This document shows positions 1 to 5,939 of a stretch of DNA of 10,482 bases, in pieces (positions within the stretch are counted from its first letter, which is position 1; each line of letters starts with the position of its first letter). Both the position numbers and the translations under genes were made by a program. The notes below the pieces were generated by a model. It was given only the letters and a program-made list of their open reading frames with translations. It did no database searches and had not been told where the DNA came from. Source of the DNA: Bdellovibrionota bacterium (lineage in GTDB: Bacteria; Bdellovibrionota_C; UBA2361); the NCBI GenBank assembly GCA_044352465.1, contig JBILDU010000100.1, forward strand, positions 1 to 10,482. Reading direction: 5' to 3'.

Positions 1-142
1 CCGGACTCCCTGGGCAGGGAGGCCACCACGAACCGGCCGGGTTTATTCCGCCGACCAGAGACTAAGGTCGACCGTCCGGCGTAACACTTGATGTTCTGGG
101 GCGCTAAAAGTTCGAGTCGGCAGGGGGTTCGAGGTGAAAGAG

Positions 143-204
143 CTAGTGGTTCGACCATTAAATTCTTTCACCTGCAAGGTAATAGAATTTATGCTCACCA
201 CTAG
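143..204 (+). repeat. Palindromic hairpin unit A (62 bp, CTAG-bounded)
   Basis: ctagtggt (143-150) pairs with accactag (197-204). cat (156-158) pairs with atg (191-193). aaattct (160-166) pairs with agaattt (184-190). acct (170-173) pairs with aggt (177-180) around a 3-nt gca loop. Homologous to the reverse complement of 201-261. Confidence 0.8.
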
Positions 205-261
205 TCCTGAGTTAGTTTTTCACTCCGCGGGAGTGAAAAAACTTATTGGTCGAAGGACTAG
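201..261 (-). repeat. Palindromic hairpin unit B (61 bp, CTAG-bounded), inverted copy of unit A
   Basis: ctagtcct (201-208) pairs with aggactag (254-261). tttttcactcc (216-226) pairs with ggagtgaaaaa (230-240) around a 3-nt loop. The reverse complement of 233-261 matches 143-171 at 24/29 positions, and the 3' ends match at 9/11 (ctcaggactag vs ctcaccactag). Confidence 0.8.
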
Positions 262-716
262 GATGAGCGGGGCTCTTCGAGCCCGAGGAGAAATCGAAAT
301 TTGTGTTTCAGATAGATCTCAAAGTCATCTTCGACACCATCCGCGGAGATCACGTTCTGAATAACCTCCATGATCTGCTTGCGGGTCTCGCCATCGACTT
401 GTTCCTTGAGTAACGTTGCAAAGCGGTCAACCCCGCGCATCGAAGCGATAATCTGATTGGCCTGCGAGATAAGCTTCGTCACCTCCGGTTGGGTTATCCC
501 GAAAAGGCGCTGCATACCGACACAGATGGTAAGGTACTCGCGTGAATCGAAATTCGAATCGGTAGAGGCGAGATCGACCAGCAATACCACAACCGCAAGG
601 TGGAGATCGTGAGAGGAAGCCGCGCCACTCTCTTTCGTCTTGCCACTGCGCTTGAGGAGCTTTTCATTTTGCTCAAAAATCGAGTTAAAAGCTGATAAGA
701 CCGAGGATGACGACAT
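258..716 (-). CDS. TerB-family (tellurite-resistance/DjlA-N-like) protein
   Basis: 152 aa with the two TerB-type acidic motifs (LLVDLASTDSNFDSRE and VISADGVEDDFE) and a C-terminal LLGL. SD-like GGGAGA about 6 nt upstream of the ATG. Confidence 0.82.
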   Translation of the reverse strand: MSSSSVLSAFNSIFEQNEKLLKRSGKTKESGAASSHDLHLAVVVLLVDLASTDSNFDSREYLTICVGMQRLFGITQPEVTKLISQANQIIASMRGVDRFATLLKEQVDGETRKQIMEVIQNVISADGVEDDFEIYLKHKFRFLLGLEEPRSS

Positions 717-918
717 AAGGGTTCTCCCGTGGAGATGAATTGCACCTTTATGACGTTATTCGGCGACATCGGAGCCGTGTGCCTTCGTCGGATAAGGCTC
801 GGAAATGATGAGGGGAATTTCGATTGACGATGGGGGCAGAGACCATGGCTGGGTTATCTCTCGAGTCGTGAGTCTCTGCGCTTATCGGAGGGAGGATCGC
901 CCCCTCCATTCCGTAAGA

Positions 919-1926
919 TTAGCTGAGGCGTGAGACATCCTGAATGTCGATCATTCCTAAGGGGGTACCGCGAGAATCCACGACGATAACCTGATCAATC
1001 CGGTACTCGGTCATAACGCGCAGCGCTTCTTGAACCAACTGGTCGGGCCGTACCGCTTTGGGGTTTGCGCTCATAAATCCGGCCACCGGCTTATCGAGAA
1101 AGTCGAGCCTCTCATCGAGGCACCGACGTAAATTTCCATCGGTGAATACGCCGACCAGGTGCCCGTGGGAATCGACTATCGCTGCAGCACCTGGTCGCCC
1201 CTTCGTGATGGTGATTTGGTGAATAACTTCTCGAACGGTCGCGGTTGCGGGCGCGACGCAGTTTTCCTCTCCGCGGCGCATGATGTCCGAGACCACCATA
1301 AGCAGCCGCCCGAGATTCCCCGCCGGATGAAGCGCTGCAAACTCTTCGTGAGTAAGTCCACGGTTTTTGAGGACCGCCATCGCCAGGGCGTCACCCAGAG
1401 CGAGCATCAGCGTGGTTGAGGTGGTTGGCGCAACTCCGAGGGGGCCTGCCTCAGCGATCTTACCGATGGCGAGGGTAACGTCGCTATGCCGGCCGAGGCT
1501 CGATTCAGCTGAACCGGTGATCGCAATAGTCGAGCACCCCATTCGTTTGACGTGGGGAAGTACCCGCAGAACTTCGTACGTCTCCCCTGAGTTGGAGAGA
1601 ATCAGCGCCACGTCACACTTGGTGTACCGCCCGAGATCGCCGTGGACCGCTTCGGCAGGGTGGAGAAAAAACGACGGCAAGCCGGTGCTTGCGAGGGTCG
1701 CCGATATCTTCATGCCGATGAAGCCGGCCTTGCCGATCCCTGAGACGATAACCCGACCTTCGCGTGGCATATCGAGGATGAGTTGCACCGCGCTATGAAA
1801 AGACTCGTCGAGAGCGTCGCTGAGGGTCAGTATCGCTTGGGCTTCGGCGCGCAAGATCGCCCGCCCATCCTCAATCGCAGGAGGTGGAACATCAGAGGGG
1901 TGCGATCGGGTGGTTTTTTTCGACAT
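919..1926 (-). CDS. kdsD: KpsF/GutQ-family D-arabinose-5-phosphate isomerase (SIS domain plus CBS pair)
   Basis: Motifs SGIGKAGFIGMKISATLASTG, FLHPAEAVHGDLG, SNSGET, APTTSTT and HPAGNLG, followed by two CBS repeats (GVFTDGNLRR, GMIDIQD). Length of 335 aa is typical of the family. Confidence 0.95.
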   Translation of the reverse strand: MSKKTTRSHPSDVPPPAIEDGRAILRAEAQAILTLSDALDESFHSAVQLILDMPREGRVIVSGIGKAGFIGMKISATLASTGLPSFFLHPAEAVHGDLGRYTKCDVALILSNSGETYEVLRVLPHVKRMGCSTIAITGSAESSLGRHSDVTLAIGKIAEAGPLGVAPTTSTTLMLALGDALAMAVLKNRGLTHEEFAALHPAGNLGRLLMVVSDIMRRGEENCVAPATATVREVIHQITITKGRPGAAAIVDSHGHLVGVFTDGNLRRCLDERLDFLDKPVAGFMSANPKAVRPDQLVQEALRVMTEYRIDQVIVVDSRGTPLGMIDIQDVSRLS

Positions 1927-1935
1927 CGCTGGGAC

Positions 1936-1964
1936 ACGGTATCAAAAACAGGTCGTTACTGCAA
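1936..1964 (-). promoter_or_regulatory. Candidate sigma70 promoter for kdsD
   Basis: Minus strand reads TTGCAG (1964-1959), a 17-nt spacer ending in TGA (extended -10 TGn), then TACCGT (1941-1936), which ends 9 nt before the ATG. Confidence 0.4.
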
Positions 1965-2037
1965 AAGATCGCTTAAAAACTCGGTATTTTCGATGGGTAA
2001 AGGTTATCAAACTCTGCGCTGTTCTCGCGGCGCCGAA

Positions 2038-2301
2038 CTAGCCCGGTGTCGGAGGAACGAAAGCCCGGGAGATGACCGATGAAAGAACAAGCACGGCGAC
2101 GAGGGCAAAATAAAGGAATCCTCGGCTCTCGCCTCTTTTTCGGCCGATCGCTCCTCCAAGCAGCGCTGAACCCAGTACGAGGGCTGCGGAGAGCCCCGCG
2201 GAGGAGACGGTGGGAGTGAGTGGCAAAGCGATGAGGACACCGACGAAAGTGCCCAGGATGATGTTAGAAAAAGCGATAAATCGACCGTATTCAAGTGCCA
2301 C
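2038..2301 (-). CDS. Small hypothetical integral membrane protein (about 87 aa, 3 hydrophobic helices)
   Basis: Lies within the 2038-2391 ORF. The GTG at 2301 has GGAGAGGG 7 nt upstream. Hydrophobic segments are FIAFSNIILGTFVGVLIALPL, AGLSAALVLGSALLGGAIG and GFLYFALVAVLVLSSVI, with a basic loop RKRGESR. The alternative start is TTG at 2391. Confidence 0.7.
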   Translation of the reverse strand: MALEYGRFIAFSNIILGTFVGVLIALPLTPTVSSAGLSAALVLGSALLGGAIGRKRGESRGFLYFALVAVLVLSSVISRAFVPPTPG

Positions 2302-2397
2302 AGCGATACCCTCTCCCAAGTGACGTGCGGCGATAATAACCGAGGCGGTCGATGCTGTCGACTCGCGGGATAAAGTCGCCTCGAAGACCAAGAAACC

Positions 2398-3585
2398 TTA
2401 AGGGGCGAGTGACCAGAGCCGCGTCAGACCGAGGATCGTGCCAAAAGATCCGAGGAGATTGGTGGTCACCATCACTAACAGTATTCGACTCACCCGATTC
2501 GTCCATACCCCGCGGACCGATGCGATATCGTCACCAATAGCCTCAAAGTCACCGACGGTCGGCCGCCGAATGAGCGCCTCGACGAGGCCAGCGATCCAGC
2601 CGGAGGCGATAAATGGATTCGCCGCGGCAAACGGAGCGACGAGAAAAACCGCCACGATAGTGAGCGGGTGAGCGAGCGCCGCTATGGCACCGAGGGTCGC
2701 CCAAAGCGAGGTCGTCCACGCCCATGTGCTGAGCATGTCGATGCTCGCTGCCGCACCTGCGGTGAAAAATCCGTAGATTATAAGAGCGATAAGCAGGCCG
2801 GGAATCGACCACCCCACTATCCGCCCCGTGACGCCCGGCGGTGGAATCTGTTCGAGGGTCGCGCAGTCGATGGGTTGATTGAACCACCGCTTAATGCCCG
2901 GCACGTGTCCTGCGCCAACCACGGCAACGATAGTTTTTCCCTCGGCGGAGCGTATCTTTGAAGCGAGGTATTGATCTCGCTCATCGATAAGGGCGGTGCG
3001 TACCGTGGGAAGAGCGGCGGTGAAGTCTTTCATCAGCTCTTCAAGCGCATCGCTTGATTTCAGTCGCTCTATTTCAGCTTGATCGATTTTTTCTGAGCTA
3101 AAGAGACCCGCCAGCATGCCGTAGACGAGTGTCATGCAGGAGCGAAGGTTAAGAGTTGCCCAGGTGCGTTTCAACGTTGTCTTAATATCCCGGTCCGCAA
3201 GTACCGTAGGGATGCCGAGCTCCTGAGCGACAGTCATGGCGCGCTGCATCTCGGCCCCCGGGGTGATATCGAGTTGTTTCCCGAGCTTGCGCTGAAACGC
3301 GGCCAAGATGAGTTGGGCCATCAGAACAAAAGCTCGCCCCTCCCGAATAATCTGCACGATGTCGGTCTTCTTCCACTTCTCAGGATTTCGCATCGACTCG
3401 TAGCGAGCCGGGCACAGCTCGACGGCGACCGCTTCGGGACGAACATCCCGAATAACCGCTTCGGCGAGGTCAGCGCTTGAGCGACTGACGTGGGCAGTTC
3501 CAACAAGATAGACAACCTTGTCACCAAACTCGAGGCGATCAACGTTGGGATGGGCGGCGAGGGTGTCGGGGGAAGTGAAGCTCAT
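2398..3585 (-). CDS. TraB/PrgY/GumN (Tiki-like) family protein with C-terminal membrane domain (pheromone-shutdown TraB-like)
   Basis: Motifs VYLVGTAHVS, VAVELC, PGAEM, LADRDI, LIDERDQY and VAVVGAGHVPGI, followed by a hydrophobic C-terminal region (AHPLTI, NPFIASGWIAGLVEA, TNLLGSFGT). Confidence 0.93.
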   Translation of the reverse strand: MSFTSPDTLAAHPNVDRLEFGDKVVYLVGTAHVSRSSADLAEAVIRDVRPEAVAVELCPARYESMRNPEKWKKTDIVQIIREGRAFVLMAQLILAAFQRKLGKQLDITPGAEMQRAMTVAQELGIPTVLADRDIKTTLKRTWATLNLRSCMTLVYGMLAGLFSSEKIDQAEIERLKSSDALEELMKDFTAALPTVRTALIDERDQYLASKIRSAEGKTIVAVVGAGHVPGIKRWFNQPIDCATLEQIPPPGVTGRIVGWSIPGLLIALIIYGFFTAGAAASIDMLSTWAWTTSLWATLGAIAALAHPLTIVAVFLVAPFAAANPFIASGWIAGLVEALIRRPTVGDFEAIGDDIASVRGVWTNRVSRILLVMVTTNLLGSFGTILGLTRLWSLAP

Positions 3586-3675
3586 AGTCCTTTACGTTAG
3601 CGGGAAGTTGAGCTGATGGCTAGTATCCCGTCCGGTAAGTGATTTCATCCGCGTCAACTGCACTCACCGGGGAGT

Positions 3676-3700
3676 AAAAAGCACCCTTTATAATAGGGCT
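3676..3700 (-). terminator. Possible weak intrinsic terminator after the P-type ATPase
   Basis: Minus strand reads gccct-attataa-agggt-gc-TTTTT at the stop codon. The stem is short, so support is weak. Confidence 0.3.
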
Positions 3701-5816
3701 ATATCCTGCGACGTCGTAGTCGCATCGAGTTTCCGATAGTCATGACATCCGAGAATCCCATCGCAATCGCAGCAACAGTGGGGGTGAGGTAGCCTGCAGC
3801 TGCCATTGGAATCGCGATGATGTTGTAGGAAAAAGCCCAAAAAAGATTTTGCCGAATCGTTGTGAGCGTCGCTCGAGCGAGGCGTAACGCAATCGGAAGG
3901 TGGGCGAGGTTCCCGCCGAGAAGAACGATCCGGGCCGATTCGATCGCCACCGTCGTGCCGTTACTGAGAGAAACGCCGACCGAGGCCCCCGCGAGTGCGG
4001 GAGCATCGTTGACCCCATCTCCGACGAACGCTGTGGCGCTTCTTTGCTCGAGCTCTTTTATGACGCGAAGCTTGTCGTCGGGGAGGTGCTCAGCGTAGAC
4101 AGCCTCGATTCCCACCTCGCGGGCAACCTCGCGGCAGCGCGTCTCGCTGTCGCCACTGACCATAACGGGGGTTATGCCCAATGATCGGAGCGTGGCGATC
4201 GTCTGCGCCGCTTCAGGCTTGACGGTGTCGTGGAGGATGAGTCGAGCGATGACTGTATCCTCTTCAAGCAGGTAGAGCGCTCCGGGGGGAGCCTCGTTGG
4301 CAGAGATTCGAGCAAGCGTGCGCGAGCCGAAACGATAGCGGACCCCGCGCTCATCCTGCCCCGAAATCCCAAGCCCTTTTTCCTCCTGGAGGTTCTGGAG
4401 CGGTAGGAGCGGTGCAGCGGAGAATGCTCGAACGAGCGACGTGGCAATAGGGTGGGATGAGTGGTACTCAAGCGAAGCAATCAGAGACTGCACGAAGCGC
4501 TCCTCTCGTCCGAAAACCTTCAACTCACCCACGGTGAAGTCCCCGGTGGTCAGTGTCCCAGTTTTGTCGAAAACGATCGTTCTGACACTGGCGAACTCCT
4601 CTAAGGTGCTACCGCCTTTGAGGAGAATTCCACTTCTCGCCGCACGTCCAACGCCGACCATGACCGCTGTTGGAGTTGCGAGCCCCATGGCACACGGGCA
4701 CGCAATAACGAGGACAGCCACCGCTCGAATCAAAGCCTCTCCGTAAGAAAGCCCTAACCATGTCACCGAGACGAGGAAAGTCGCTAGCGCGATGCTGAGG
4801 GTGACCGGCACAAAAATAGAACTCACCGTGTCGCCGAGGCGTTGGATCGCCGGCTTATTAGTCTGGGCCTCTTTGACCAGGCGAATAATCCTGGCGAGAA
4901 CGGTTGAATCGCCGATGCCGTTGGCCCTAAAGGTAAATGAGCCGTCACAGACTATCGTTCCACCGATGACAGACTCGGCTATGCCGCGCTCTACCGGGAT
5001 ACTTTCGCCCGTAATCATCGACTCGTCGATCAGACCGTTTCCGGAAACGATCGTTCCATCGGCCGGGACTTTGTCGCCTGAGTTGACGAGGAGGAGATCG
5101 CCTGGAGCTACCGACCGCGCATCGATCTCGACGATTTGCTGGGGCGATGCGGTAGTATCAACTTTACGGGCGCGCTCAGGTTGAAGCCGGGCCAGCTCCT
5201 CGATAGCCGACGAGGTCCGCCGCACCGCGCGAGCCTCGATGAGGTTTCCGATGAGCACCAATGTCGCTATCGTGGCAGTGGTTTCATAGAAAAGGAAATG
5301 AGCTCCGAGTCCAAGGACGGTGCCGTAAAGGCTATATCCGAAGGAGGCCACGAGTCCGATGACGATGAGAACATCCATATTGGCGAAGCGGGCACGAAGG
5401 GAGCGCAAAGCGCTTGAGCCAAAGTGCGTGAGTCCGATGAGGAACACCGGAAGGCACAAGATGAGTTGGAACGTGGGGGAATGAAAAATGTGGGGCATCC
5501 CCGGGAGCATATGGCCGAGGAAGAGAGGGATGGTAAAAAGAGCGCTGACCCCCGCTTTTTGCTCGAGGGTGAAGCGAACTCTCGAGGGGGGGGGCGCCGA
5601 AGGGTGTTCCACCTCGTAGCCAAGCTCTTCGATCGCTTTGATGAAGGGCTCGGCAGAGCTGTGGAAGGGGATTTCGAAGCGGGCTGTCGCGGTTGCAAAA
5701 TTAACCGTGGGAGCTGCGATTCCGAGGGAACGTAGTTTCTTCTCGATACCAAGAGCGCAATTGCCACAGTCCATGCCCCGAACGGAAAGCTCTACGGTAA
5801 GAAGTTCACCTGTCAT
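3699..5816 (-). CDS. copA: Heavy-metal P1B-type ATPase, CopA-like (Cu+/Ag+ exporter)
   Basis: N-terminal HMA domain (GMDCGNC), TGES, CPCAMGLATP, DKTGTLT, SSHPIA, GDGVNDAPAL, WAFSYN...P in the penultimate helix, and MGFSD in the last helix. Confidence 0.9.
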   Translation of the reverse strand: MTGELLTVELSVRGMDCGNCALGIEKKLRSLGIAAPTVNFATATARFEIPFHSSAEPFIKAIEELGYEVEHPSAPPPSRVRFTLEQKAGVSALFTIPLFLGHMLPGMPHIFHSPTFQLILCLPVFLIGLTHFGSSALRSLRARFANMDVLIVIGLVASFGYSLYGTVLGLGAHFLFYETTATIATLVLIGNLIEARAVRRTSSAIEELARLQPERARKVDTTASPQQIVEIDARSVAPGDLLLVNSGDKVPADGTIVSGNGLIDESMITGESIPVERGIAESVIGGTIVCDGSFTFRANGIGDSTVLARIIRLVKEAQTNKPAIQRLGDTVSSIFVPVTLSIALATFLVSVTWLGLSYGEALIRAVAVLVIACPCAMGLATPTAVMVGVGRAARSGILLKGGSTLEEFASVRTIVFDKTGTLTTGDFTVGELKVFGREERFVQSLIASLEYHSSHPIATSLVRAFSAAPLLPLQNLQEEKGLGISGQDERGVRYRFGSRTLARISANEAPPGALYLLEEDTVIARLILHDTVKPEAAQTIATLRSLGITPVMVSGDSETRCREVAREVGIEAVYAEHLPDDKLRVIKELEQRSATAFVGDGVNDAPALAGASVGVSLSNGTTVAIESARIVLLGGNLAHLPIALRLARATLTTIRQNLFWAFSYNIIAIPMAAAGYLTPTVAAIAMGFSDVMTIGNSMRLRRRRI

Positions 5817-5874
5817 ACGACGTCTCGGTCTCTCGCGGGCGTGTTATTTCATCATCGCTTCAGCCCGGCCTCGT

Positions 5875-5903
5875 AGTGTACCATGCCGGCGAATATTCGG
5901 AAA
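5875..5903 (-). promoter_or_regulatory. Candidate copA promoter with an overlapping 10-bp palindrome
   Basis: Minus strand has an extended -10 TGG-TACACT (5883-5875) and a weak -35 TTTCCG 17 nt upstream of the hexamer. The perfect palindrome CGAATATTCG lies at 5890-5899. Confidence 0.35.
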
Positions 5904-5939
5904 ATGCGCCTGTGAGGGGCTCAGCTAGGTAATCGTCAT

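Noticed and set aside
1..84. 3' end of a + strand CDS (PDSLGREATTNRPGLFRRPETKVDRPA*)
   Set aside because: Possible, but 27 codons with no recognisable motif are too little to call as a feature.
98..120. tRNA or tmRNA-like sequence (ggggcgct...gttcgagtc)
   Set aside because: The bases flanking GTTCGA do not form a T-stem, and there is no acceptor stem, CCA end or tmRNA-type TTCGAC.
56..207. Group I intron core (R-like cagagacta at 56-64, tagtcc at 202-207)
   Set aside because: The conserved AAGAUA preceding UAGUCC is absent, no P/Q elements are evident, and tagtcc is accounted for by the repeat unit.
216..240. Perfect 11-bp hairpin as a rho-independent terminator for terB
   Set aside because: On both strands the T-run lies 5' and the A-run lies 3' of the GC stem, the reverse of terminator polarity. 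It is better explained as the core of repeat unit B.
243..260. UAG readthrough or recoding of terB directed by the adjoining hairpin
   Set aside because: An in-frame TAA follows after only four codons (tcc ttc gac caa taa), so readthrough would add almost nothing.
143..261. Integron attC sites, CRISPR repeats or retron msr-msd
   Set aside because: There are no RYYYAAC/GTTRRRY boxes. The units are inverted with no spacers. No integrase, cas or reverse transcriptase gene is in the window.
134..364. 76-aa + strand ORF
   Set aside because: It runs through the repeat units and antisense into terB, with no protein-like features.
258..5816. terB plus copA as a mobile metal-resistance island
   Set aside because: No other ter or cop genes and no mobility genes are present. 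Solitary TerB-domain proteins are common, and the intervening genes are housekeeping-like.
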